The notes: generated from the letters alone by a model not told the origin. A stretch of 30,340 nt of DNA from a virus (IMGVR_UViG_3300028586_000738:1-30340); one strand, 5' to 3'. Shown: positions 1-7,197, numbered from the stretch's first letter. Numbers and translations are program-made.

Positions 1-813
1 CGGGCGGTGTTCCAGCTGCTGGCATTGGCATTCCGTCAAGCGCACACGCTGGGTCTGCTCACGTCCAATCCGCTGGCAGGCATCAAGTTCGGCGATTTCT
101 CTAAGGCAAAGGTGGGCATCAAGCCCAGCCGCCTGCGCGGTACCCAGCTCGCTGAACTCATGGCCACCCTAGTGACCGCGATGAGCAACAACCCAGCCAC
201 CGGCCTGCTGGCTCTGATGATGCTGTGCCATGGCTCGCGTATCGGCGAGACGCGGCAGACGCGCTGGTCGCATATCAGCTTGGCAGAGCGTGAGTGGTTC
301 ATCCCAGCCGAGCACGCCAAGACCAGGGTCGAGCATCGCCTGCCGCTGACCGAGCAGGTGTGCAAGGTGCTGGTGCGGTATCGCAAGATCCAGCACACCC
401 AAGGCTACGACGGCGAGTTCCTGTTTCCAGCGCGCGGCGGCAAGGGGTTGAGCGAAGGGCAGGCGAGCGCGGTATTCGCGGCGCTGGGGCAGGGCGAGTG
501 GACAAGCCACGATCTTCGCAAGCTGGCCCGGACCTCGTGGGCAGACATTGGCATCGACCACTTGATCGGTGAGCTGCTGATCAACCACGCCATGGGCCAC
601 AACGTGAAGGTGTACGTGCAATCGGCAGTGATGCAGCGCAAGCGCGAGGCCTTGGAGAAGTGGCACGCCCATCTAGACAGCAAGGGTTTCGGCCTCATTC
701 ACGGGTTGACCGGTGTTAGATCGGAAGATTCTGGTAATTCGCTGGAAGCCACGCCGCATAAGGGCTGCGAGGCTATTCAGGAATCAATCATAGGCGAGGT
801 TTCAAAAGCATGA
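1..813 (+). CDS. Tyrosine recombinase/integrase-family protein, 5' end outside the window
   Basis: Frame is open from base 1. Catalytic motifs: HGSRIGE (R), AKT (K), HDLR (HxxR), LINHAMG (H) and VKVY (Y). Confidence 0.9.
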   Translation, partial: RAVFQLLALAFRQAHTLGLLTSNPLAGIKFGDFSKAKVGIKPSRLRGTQLAELMATLVTAMSNNPATGLLALMMLCHGSRIGETRQTRWSHISLAEREWFIPAEHAKTRVEHRLPLTEQVCKVLVRYRKIQHTQGYDGEFLFPARGGKGLSEGQASAVFAALGQGEWTSHDLRKLARTSWADIGIDHLIGELLINHAMGHNVKVYVQSAVMQRKREALEKWHAHLDSKGFGLIHGLTGVRSEDSGNSLEATPHKGCEAIQESIIGEVSKA

Positions 814-1130
814 AAAAGAGCCACGGGCCTGCTTTCCGTGCTGCTCGCATTGAGCTCGCCAGGTGCTCGGCATGCCGTGGCCGAGCGGTGGTGCAGGGCG
901 TTTTCCATGAGCTGCCATGCGAGCGGTGCAATGCGTCCGGCTGGATTTCGGCTGAGACCGGCCAAGCGCTACCGCTCGATGTGCTGGTGACTCAGCTCAG
1001 CATCAGGCTGCAGGCCGCCGAACAGCAGATCGAACAGTTGAAGCGGCCGGTGCGGATAAATGGCCCGTCCGCCCAGTACACACAAAACAACCGCCGCGGC
1101 GCCGGCGGCACGAATTTTACCGGCGACTGA
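810..1130 (+). CDS. Small Zn-finger phage protein (CxxC...CxxC plus coiled coil)
   Basis: CSACRG and CERCNASG motifs; ATGA overlap with the recombinase stop; GAGG SD upstream. Confidence 0.75.
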   Translation: MKKSHGPAFRAARIELARCSACRGRAVVQGVFHELPCERCNASGWISAETGQALPLDVLVTQLSIRLQAAEQQIEQLKRPVRINGPSAQYTQNNRRGAGGTNFTGD

Positions 1131-1159
1131 GCCACAGATTTTTGATTGGAGAGCACACC

Positions 1160-1837
1160 ATGAAACTCATCGGCGCCCGTCAGGCCTGGACCGACTCGCA
1201 GCACGAATCCAACGCATCCATCACCGCCGTGGCCAGTGAGAAGGCCGAGTCAGCATCGAAGATCAGGCGATCCCGCATCACCCGCCATGAGGTTGTCTTC
1301 CCCGCCCTGGGTGACGAGGAAGAAGAGCGCGTGCTGATGGCTCGCCAGCGTATTTCGATCAGTGAAACCCGTCGCACGCCTCTCGGCCGCTCGACTGCTC
1401 GAGCTGCACACCTAGTCACGATGGGGAAGATCCAGCACGCCATTGGCACATTGCCGTTCCAGGTGGAGCAGCTAGGCCATTTCCTTTACCACCCCTGCAT
1501 GACCATGCAGCACGTCATGAATGCGGAGAAGCTCATTCTGGCTGACACAGACCTATCCACCATGACCACAGCCAAAGCGGCCAAGGCACGCTGCCTAGTC
1601 ACCATTGCGCTTCAGTCATACAAGGCGACGATTACCGGCGCCCCAGAGTGGGGCCCAGCGCGCGTGGCTGAATCAATGAAGGCTTTCTACGGGGCTGCGA
1701 TCGAACCGAAGCACTGGGATCGGGACTGGCTCGCCTTGTGGGAGCAGCTCAAAGCGGTGATCCATGCGAGAGATACTGAGGCTCAAGCGCCGGTATGGCA
1801 GGTTATTCACGCGGAAAAAGACGAGAGTGCGGCATAA
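1160..1837 (+). CDS. Putative late-gene regulator/antiterminator (Q position)
   Basis: GGAGAG SD before ATG 1160; lies immediately upstream of a strong sigma70 promoter plus terminator that head the late operon. Function is inferred from position only. Confidence 0.6.
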   Translation: MKLIGARQAWTDSQHESNASITAVASEKAESASKIRRSRITRHEVVFPALGDEEEERVLMARQRISISETRRTPLGRSTARAAHLVTMGKIQHAIGTLPFQVEQLGHFLYHPCMTMQHVMNAEKLILADTDLSTMTTAKAAKARCLVTIALQSYKATITGAPEWGPARVAESMKAFYGAAIEPKHWDRDWLALWEQLKAVIHARDTEAQAPVWQVIHAEKDESAA

Positions 1838-1841
1838 AATA

Positions 1842-1870
1842 TTGACATGGTGGGGAATTGCCAGTACTTT
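1842..1870 (+). promoter_or_regulatory. Late promoter (pR'-like), sigma70
   Basis: TTGACA (1842-1847), 17 bp spacer, TACTTT (1865-1870), directly after the Q-position gene. Confidence 0.8.
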
Positions 1871-1917
1871 CCCCATAGTGCGCAAGTCACGTCAGACGCA
1901 CCGAACATTTAACAAAG

Positions 1918-1945
1918 AAACCCGGCCTTCGCGCCGGGTTTTGTC
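1918..1945 (+). terminator. Intrinsic terminator (tR'-like), probably bidirectional and also ending hicAB
   Basis: AAACCCGGC-cttcgc-GCCGGGTTT with T-run downstream and A-run upstream; hicB stop is at 1950. Confidence 0.8.
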
Positions 1946-1949
1946 TTCT

Positions 1950-2375
1950 TCAAGCAGCCTCGACCGAGACGGCGAGGCGCTTACCCAGAGCGGCCAGTGC
2001 CTTTTCCAGCGCTTCCATTTTGGTGGAGTGGAGGAAGTCGACCAGGCGATCCCCCTGTGTCTGATGCAAGCCCAGTAGGCGGCACAGATCAGCCTTGCGC
2101 ATATCGCGCTCGATCATCGCGTTCCACAATACGATTTTCGCTACGGTCACCGCTGGCAGCCGCAAGACATGCTGGCCGGGTTTCGGCGCAGACGCTGCAG
2201 GAATCGCGCGACGGTCGTCGACGTAGAAGGAAAGCGCGGTTTCCATACCGTCCACGGACTCACGCAGCGCATCGGCGACATCATCACCGGCACTGTTGAA
2301 TTCGGGAATGTCGTCGCAGATCACTCCGACCCCTGGGTTTTCATCTTCAAGCATTGTTACTGGGTAGTCGTACAT
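1950..2375 (-). CDS. hicB: HicB antitoxin with C-terminal HTH
   Basis: MYDYPV...DIPEFNSAGDDVADAL partial RNase H fold, then KIVLWNAM...KADLCRLLG...DRLVD HTH, typical of E. coli-type HicB; downstream of hicA. Confidence 0.92.
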   Translation of the reverse strand: MYDYPVTMLEDENPGVGVICDDIPEFNSAGDDVADALRESVDGMETALSFYVDDRRAIPAASAPKPGQHVLRLPAVTVAKIVLWNAMIERDMRKADLCRLLGLHQTQGDRLVDFLHSTKMEALEKALAALGKRLAVSVEAA

Positions 2376-2433
2376 CTCTAATCCCCTATGTGGGTGATTG
2401 TCTGGGTGGTGATGGAGGCGAGTGAGCTGGGGC

Positions 2434-2616
2434 TCATTTAAGCCCCAGCTGTTTGATGATTCCTTTGCGGGTCGGCTCTTTCATCTCTTTCGAGCCGTGG
2501 TCCGCAAAGACCGTTTGCTTATCGCCGTAGTAGATCTTGAAGTGGCTACCGCCTTTGCCTGCTTCGAACCTGACCCCTTGGGCTTTAAGCCATCTTCTGA
2601 ACTCGCTGTATTTCAT
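2434..2616 (-). CDS. hicA: HicA toxin (mRNA interferase)
   Basis: MKYSEFRRWLKAQGV...GGSHFKI...DHGSKEM...IIKQLGLK with the catalytic GSH motif; GGGGAG SD. Confidence 0.93.
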   Translation of the reverse strand: MKYSEFRRWLKAQGVRFEAGKGGSHFKIYYGDKQTVFADHGSKEMKEPTRKGIIKQLGLK

Positions 2617-2645
2617 CACCTCCCCTCTGTCGTTTTGATGGGTTC

Positions 2646-2691
2646 ATGATACCACGTTTTTGTGGAAATAAAACAAATTTGTGATTTATTT
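2646..2691 (-). promoter_or_regulatory. hicAB promoter with palindromic operator candidates
   Basis: Minus-strand extended -10 TGgTATCAT (2646-2654); palindromes CCAC-N6-GTGG (2652-2665) and ACAAATTTGT (2673-2682) within an AT-rich imperfect inverted repeat. Confidence 0.55.
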
Positions 2692-2699
2692 GTTCCATA

Positions 2700-2838
2700 G
2701 CCGGGGTGGGCCTTCGGGCGACGCCCGGACACGGTATCGCCGGTCGTCACGTGTTGCGAAAGAACACCGGCATCCAAGCATCCCTTCAACTGTTACCGCT
2801 TCGGGGAGGGCTTGGAGGGCAGCGTGGGAAGACACGCA
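2700..2838 (+). ncRNA. Candidate structured RNA, domain A (four hairpins, possible pseudoknot)
   Basis: Stems CCGGG/CCCGG with a C(UUCG)G inner loop, GCCGGT/ACCGGC, TCCAAGC/GCTTGGA and GCGTG/CACGC; ACACG (2729-2733) is complementary to CGTGT (2750-2754). Confidence 0.5.
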
Positions 2839-2843
2839 CGTTA

Positions 2844-2931
2844 TGCAGATGAACGCGCAGGCTGATGCGCAGAGCCGTGCACGGGCTATAAACCTGCACA
2901 ACCCGGCCGATCAGCACCGGGCTTCTGCACC
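2844..2931 (+). ncRNA. Candidate tRNA-like cloverleaf RNA with complementary loops
   Basis: Closing stem TGCAGA/TCTGCA; arms GCGCA/TGCGC, GTGCA/TGCAC and CCCGG/CCGGG; loop GCTGA is complementary to loop TCAGC. No TTC T-loop and no canonical anticodon arm. Confidence 0.5.
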
Positions 2932-2937
2932 TATTTC

Positions 2938-2963
2938 AAGCCTCGGCAGACGCCGGGGTTTTT
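2938..2963 (+). terminator. Intrinsic terminator upstream of the lysis/holin-like genes
   Basis: AAGCCTCGGC-agac-GCCGGGGTTTTT. Confidence 0.7.
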
Positions 2964-2979
2964 CGCTTTTGGAGTAGCG

Positions 2980-3351
2980 ATGGACCCGACCGACCTCGGC
3001 CCAGGCACAGCCACTTGGCTGGGCGGCACGGGCACCGTATTGCTGGGCGGATTCCTGTGGTTGCGCAAGTTCCTATCCAAGGACGCAACCGACAGAGCCA
3101 TGGATAACGCCGACATCGGCACAGTCCGCCGTCTGAATGAACTGCTCGATTCCGAACGTGAGGCCCGCAAGGCTTCCGATGCTCGGGCCGACCAATTCGC
3201 CAAGGAACGTAACGAACTCGCTGCCGCAGTTGGCCGTATGGAGGGCAAGATCGAAGCCCTCACTGGCCAGGTCGCTCAACTCACAGACAAGGTAACCAGT
3301 CAGAGCGCCGAGATTGCGCGGCTGCGTTCCCAGCTCGGAGGCGCCAACTGA
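2980..3351 (+). CDS. Single-TM coiled-coil membrane protein, putative holin
   Basis: GGAG SD; N-terminal hydrophobic segment WLGGTGTVLLGGFLWL followed by RK and a heptad coiled coil; first gene of the late operon. Confidence 0.5.
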   Translation: MDPTDLGPGTATWLGGTGTVLLGGFLWLRKFLSKDATDRAMDNADIGTVRRLNELLDSEREARKASDARADQFAKERNELAAAVGRMEGKIEALTGQVAQLTDKVTSQSAEIARLRSQLGGAN

Positions 3352-3689
3352 TGGACAGATGTGCAATGGAATTTATCGCCCGCCGATGGTGGAGGCGGGT
3401 AGAGGTTTGGGTGATTGCTGCGCTGCTGGTAGCCGGGGGCTTGGTCCTCGGCTTCCAGGCTGCTCAATGGTCACTCGCCAGCTCGTACCTCGCTCAGGTC
3501 GCTCAGGTACGCCATGCGTATGACGAGGCGCTGAAACAACGTGACCTTCGCCTGACCAAGCTGGCCAACAGCGCCACAGAGGCAGCCGTGAAGGTCGAGC
3601 AGGCCGCCAGCAGCGCTACCCAGGGAGCTGACACCGCAAGCAAAGCCGTCGACAAGGCGACTGAAGCGGTGGACCGGGCCAATCAGTAA
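3351..3689 (+). CDS. Single-TM Ala-rich helical protein, putative lysis accessory (holin partner/antiholin)
   Basis: TGATG coupling to the previous gene; RRWWRR then TM VWVIAALLVAGGLVLGF; Ala-rich helical tail. Confidence 0.45.
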   Translation: MDRCAMEFIARRWWRRVEVWVIAALLVAGGLVLGFQAAQWSLASSYLAQVAQVRHAYDEALKQRDLRLTKLANSATEAAVKVEQAASSATQGADTASKAVDKATEAVDRANQ

Positions 3690-3707
3690 CATACGTTCGG
3701 GGTCGCT

Positions 3708-4433
3708 ATGTTCAAGGTGCAATCGAGAGGCCTCGCTGATGGCCTGGCCGAACTGACCGAGATTGAACAGCGCCAGATCCCGTTCGCTACAGCTCTAGCA
3801 CTGACCGAGACGGCGAAGCTGATCAAGTCCTCGATCGAGGACGAGATGCGCGCTGTATTCGATAGGCCAACGCCCTACACCATGAACGCCCTGCGTCTGA
3901 TCCCTGCTACCAAGCAGAAGCTAGAGGCCCGAGTATGGATCAAGGACGAAGCCGATGGCGCCGCCCCTGCCACCAGATGGCTGACGCCTGAGGTCTACGG
4001 CGGCCCACGGAACAATAAGCGCAGCGAGTCACTGTTGCGTGCCCGCGGCATCCTGCCCGAGGGTAAGTTCGTCGTGCCTGGCAAAGGCATGAAACTGGAC
4101 AACTACGGCAACATCGGGCGTGGTCAGTTGCAGAAGATTCTGTCTGGCCTCGGCGCCCAGGGCGATCGGCTGCAGAACAGCACGGATAGCAGGCGCAGTG
4201 TGGGCAATCGGTCGCGATACTTCGTGATGCGCAAAGGCCGCGAGGCGATCGGGATTGCCGAGCGGGTGGGTACCAGGCGCTGGGATATCCAGATGGTGCT
4301 GGCCTTCGTCAGTAAGCCTGGGTATGCCAAGACGCTCGACTTCTTCGAGATCGGGGACCGGGTCGCTGATCGTGAGCTCGCTTCACAGTTCGAGAAGGCG
4401 TTCGACCGCGCCCTGTCCACCCGGCGACGCTGA
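3708..4433 (+). CDS. Tail completion protein, lambda gpZ/HK97 gp10-like
   Basis: Basic 241-aa protein with QIPFATALALTETAK...VFDRPTPYT and C-terminal LDFFEIGDRV...FEKAFDRAL, typical of gpZ-like proteins. Confidence 0.55.
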   Translation: MFKVQSRGLADGLAELTEIEQRQIPFATALALTETAKLIKSSIEDEMRAVFDRPTPYTMNALRLIPATKQKLEARVWIKDEADGAAPATRWLTPEVYGGPRNNKRSESLLRARGILPEGKFVVPGKGMKLDNYGNIGRGQLQKILSGLGAQGDRLQNSTDSRRSVGNRSRYFVMRKGREAIGIAERVGTRRWDIQMVLAFVSKPGYAKTLDFFEIGDRVADRELASQFEKAFDRALSTRRR

Positions 4434-4439
4434 CTGTAA

Positions 4440-4456
4440 TGCACCATAATGGTGCA
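4440..4456. promoter_or_regulatory. Perfect palindrome TGCACCA-TAA-TGGTGCA (matches the NtrC-box consensus)
   Basis: 7-3-7 inverted repeat ending 3 bp before cosQ. Confidence 0.5.
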
Positions 4457-4459
4457 AAA

Positions 4460-4560
4460 GGGTCCTTTCCCCCCACCCCCTGGGGTGAGGGTAATTCGAG
4501 CCCCGATCTTTCACTACTTATGACTTTTTTTGAGGGCGGGGCGGTTCCGGTTCCGGTTCG
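4460..4560 (+). other. cos: cos packaging site (cosQ-cosN-I2-R3-like)
   Basis: GGGTCCTTTCC (4460-4470) equals lambda cosQ plus flank. GGGTAATTCGAGCCC sits at the cosN spacing (about 4489-4503). TTTCACTACTTATGA resembles lambda TTTCGCTATTTATGA and GGCGGTTCCG resembles lambda R3 GGCGTTTCCG. Immediately upstream of the small terminase. Confidence 0.8.
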
Positions 4561-4568
4561 GGTGAAAA

Positions 4569-5102
4569 ATGGCGAGTCAGATAGAAGTAGCGGCCCATTT
4601 GGACCTCAGCGACCGTCAGATCCGAAATCTGCTTGCAGACGGCATTCTGCCTGCCTCTAAAGGCCGCGGAGGAATGGATGTAGACGCGTGCCGCATGGCT
4701 TACATCGCGTATTTAAGGGGGCTCGGCAGCGGCCAGGTGAAGCTGGAAGCCGGCCCCCCAGAAGTTGACGGGTTCGACCCGTTACTTGAATACAAACTGA
4801 TGGAAGAGCGCCGAGGTTTGACGGCTGCCCAGCGGATAGCGGCTGAGAAGAAAAACGAGGTGGCCGAGAAGAATCTCGTTCCCGTTGAATTCTGCACTTT
4901 CGCACTCGCAAGAGTCGCCGCACAGATCGGCTCGGTCCTCGATACCGTGGCCTTGAAGGTCAAGCGCAAACACCCCGACATTGAAGTTCATCACGTTGAA
5001 GCGATGCAGCGTGAGGTCGCGTTGGCCAGAAACATATCAGCCGATCTCGGCGAACAACTACCGGAAATACTTGATGAGTACCTCGCATCCCTGGATGAAT
5101 AA
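4569..5102 (+). CDS. nu1: Terminase small subunit, Nu1-like
   Basis: N-terminal wHTH (SQIEVAAHLDLSDRQIRNL), coiled coil and LVPVEFCTFALARVAAQIGSVLD lambda Nu1-like segment; overlaps the large subunit start. Confidence 0.9.
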   Translation: MASQIEVAAHLDLSDRQIRNLLADGILPASKGRGGMDVDACRMAYIAYLRGLGSGQVKLEAGPPEVDGFDPLLEYKLMEERRGLTAAQRIAAEKKNEVAEKNLVPVEFCTFALARVAAQIGSVLDTVALKVKRKHPDIEVHHVEAMQREVALARNISADLGEQLPEILDEYLASLDE

Positions 5103-6981
5103 CCTGAAAAAGGCATTCAAGAAGGGGCTGCAAGGTTTATTCAAAGAGCCACCTTTGACTTGTGTGGACTGGGCGGACAAACACTTCTATCTGTCGTCGG
5201 AGTCTTCGTATCAGGAAGGCAAGTGGGAAACAGCACCGTTTCAAATTGCCGTCCTCAATGCCATGGGCAACGACCTGATTCGGGTCGTCAACATGATGAA
5301 GTCCGCTCGCGTTGGTTACACCAAGATGCTCATGGCGAACGTGGGCTTCAAAATCCAGCACAAGCGCCGCAGCGTTGCGGTCTTCTCGCCGACAGATGAT
5401 GACGCCGAAGACCTGATGAAGCAGGACGTCGAAACGATGGTGCGCGACGTTCCAACCCTACTTGAACTCGCTCCTTGGCACGGGAAAAAACACCGGGATA
5501 GCTCGCTCAGCTCGAAGCGATTTCAGAACAACAAGATGTTCTGGTGCCGCGGCGGCAAAGCCAGCCGCAACTACCGCCGCATCTCGGCGGACGAAGTCAT
5601 TTACGACGAGTTGTCGAACTTCGATCAGAACATTGAAGGCGAGGGCGCCCCGACATTCCTGGGAGACAAACGCCTTGAAGGCGCGACTTTTCCCAAGTCC
5701 ATCCGTGGCTCAACTCCCAAAATCAAAGGCACGTGCCAGATCGAAAAGGCTGCGGCCGAATCGTCTTACCTGCTCCGCTATCACATCCCTTGCCCGCACT
5801 GCGATAAAGAACAGAATTTGAAGTGGGGCGGTAAGGACTGCGAATTTGGGATCAAGTGGGAACGGGACGCTCAAGGCGAGATATGTCACGCCTGGTATGT
5901 GTGCGAGCACACGAAGTGTGTGGTGCTCTATCACGAAATGGTCCGAGCCGCGCATCGCGGTCGCTGGATATGCGAAAACACCGGTATCTGGACCCGCGAC
6001 GGTATCGAGTGGTTTGATTCGCTGGATCAGCTCCGGAACACTCCGCTGGTTGTGAGCTTTCATGTCTGGACCGCTTACAGCACCTTCACCACCTGGTTGA
6101 ACATGGTGCTGGAGTTCGACAAGGTCAAAGACAACCGGGAGAACCTGATCGCCTTCGTCAACACCACGTTGGGCGAAACATGGGAAGACGACCAGGGTGA
6201 GAAAGTCGACTGGGAGCTGCTCTATGGTCGTCGCGAGGTGTACCCGCAGGTGCATTCGCGCGGCCTGACGCTGATGGGGTCGATCGATACGCAGGATGAC
6301 CGCTATGAGGGCAGAGTCTGGGCCTTCGGTCTGGGCGAGGAAGCCTGGCTGGTCGACAAGTGGGTGCTCATGGGCGACCCGGCCAGCGAAGAGCTCCGCA
6401 AGAAGGTACGCCTCAAGGTGCGGCAGCAATACGTGCGCGGTGACGGTGCCAAGATGGGTGTCGAGCGCTGGTGCTGGGACTCCGGCGGCCACTACACCGA
6501 TGAGGTCTACGCCGAAAGCCGTGCCCTTGGCGACACTTGGGTGATCCCGGTCAAAGGTGCCAACGTTCCAGGCAAACCGATCGCCAACTGGCCGAAGTCG
6601 CGCAACGCGAAGAAGGTCTACCTCACTGAGGTGGGCACCGAGAACGCCAAAGAGTTGATCTACAGCCGTCTCAAGATCCAGCCCAACACTTCCGGTGTGC
6701 CGGTACCAGGCTGCGTTCACTTCCCCGCTAATGACGACATCTGCGGTGAGGACGAGCTGAAGCAGCTCACAGCCGAAACCAAAGAACTGAGGATCGAGAA
6801 AGGCAGGCGCGTGTATCGCTGGACGGCCAAAGGTCGCCGCAACGAGGCACTCGACTGTTTCGTGTACGCACTGGCCGCCCTGCGCATCAGCCAGCATCGT
6901 TTCGGCCTCGATCTTGAAATGCTCGCCGGCGCCAAGCGCGCTCTTCCGCAACGAGGCACCCGTAGCCGGGTGCGAGGATGA
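5074..6981 (+). CDS. A: Terminase large subunit, lambda gpA family
   Basis: MKSARVGYTKML Walker A, VIYDEL Walker B, GSTP motif, CPHC, IDTQDDR nuclease and RNEALDCFVYALAA. Start set at ATG 5074 by similarity to the lambda gpA N-terminus. Confidence 0.96.
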   Translation: MSTSHPWMNNLKKAFKKGLQGLFKEPPLTCVDWADKHFYLSSESSYQEGKWETAPFQIAVLNAMGNDLIRVVNMMKSARVGYTKMLMANVGFKIQHKRRSVAVFSPTDDDAEDLMKQDVETMVRDVPTLLELAPWHGKKHRDSSLSSKRFQNNKMFWCRGGKASRNYRRISADEVIYDELSNFDQNIEGEGAPTFLGDKRLEGATFPKSIRGSTPKIKGTCQIEKAAAESSYLLRYHIPCPHCDKEQNLKWGGKDCEFGIKWERDAQGEICHAWYVCEHTKCVVLYHEMVRAAHRGRWICENTGIWTRDGIEWFDSLDQLRNTPLVVSFHVWTAYSTFTTWLNMVLEFDKVKDNRENLIAFVNTTLGETWEDDQGEKVDWELLYGRREVYPQVHSRGLTLMGSIDTQDDRYEGRVWAFGLGEEAWLVDKWVLMGDPASEELRKKVRLKVRQQYVRGDGAKMGVERWCWDSGGHYTDEVYAESRALGDTWVIPVKGANVPGKPIANWPKSRNAKKVYLTEVGTENAKELIYSRLKIQPNTSGVPVPGCVHFPANDDICGEDELKQLTAETKELRIEKGRRVYRWTAKGRRNEALDCFVYALAALRISQHRFGLDLEMLAGAKRALPQRGTRSRVRG

Positions 6982-7196
6982 CAATCATGACCCCAGCGCA
7001 ATCGCGCCTGGCCGCCGTGCAGGATGCAATCGACAAGATCCTGAAGGGCGGCCAGAGCGTTCGCTACGGCGAGCGTCAGGTAACCCGGGCTGACCTGGGC
7101 GCGCTGCGCAAGCTTGAAATCGCTTACACGGCGGAAGTCGCCGCCGAAGCCAACCGCTCCCGCGGCCGCAACCGAATCAGCTATATGAGGATCTGA
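6978..7196 (+). CDS. W: Head-tail joining protein gpW-like
   Basis: 72 aa between terminase and portal; ILKGGQSVRYGERQVTRADL motif. Confidence 0.85.
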   Translation: MTIMTPAQSRLAAVQDAIDKILKGGQSVRYGERQVTRADLGALRKLEIAYTAEVAAEANRSRGRNRISYMRI

Positions 7197-7197
7197 C

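Noticed and set aside
2844-2931. Canonical tRNA gene or hammerhead ribozyme
   Set aside because: No GTTC T-loop, 7-nt anticodon loop or CCA; CTGATG is followed by C, not A, and there is no matching GAAA core.
2681-2977. 98-aa ORF (and antisense 71-aa ORF) across the structured region
   Set aside because: No SD, unnatural composition, runs through a terminator; RNA structure explains the region better.
4543-4560. GGTTCC tandem as CRISPR or microsatellite
   Set aside because: Only three hexamers with no spacers; better explained as part of cosB.
4981-5073. Longer N-terminus for the large terminase
   Set aside because: Similarity to lambda gpA begins near ATG 5074; the extension lies inside nu1.
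5710-6984. 424-aa antisense ORF over the terminase
   Set aside because: Shadow ORF from GC-rich codon bias opposite a clearly conserved gene; no motifs.
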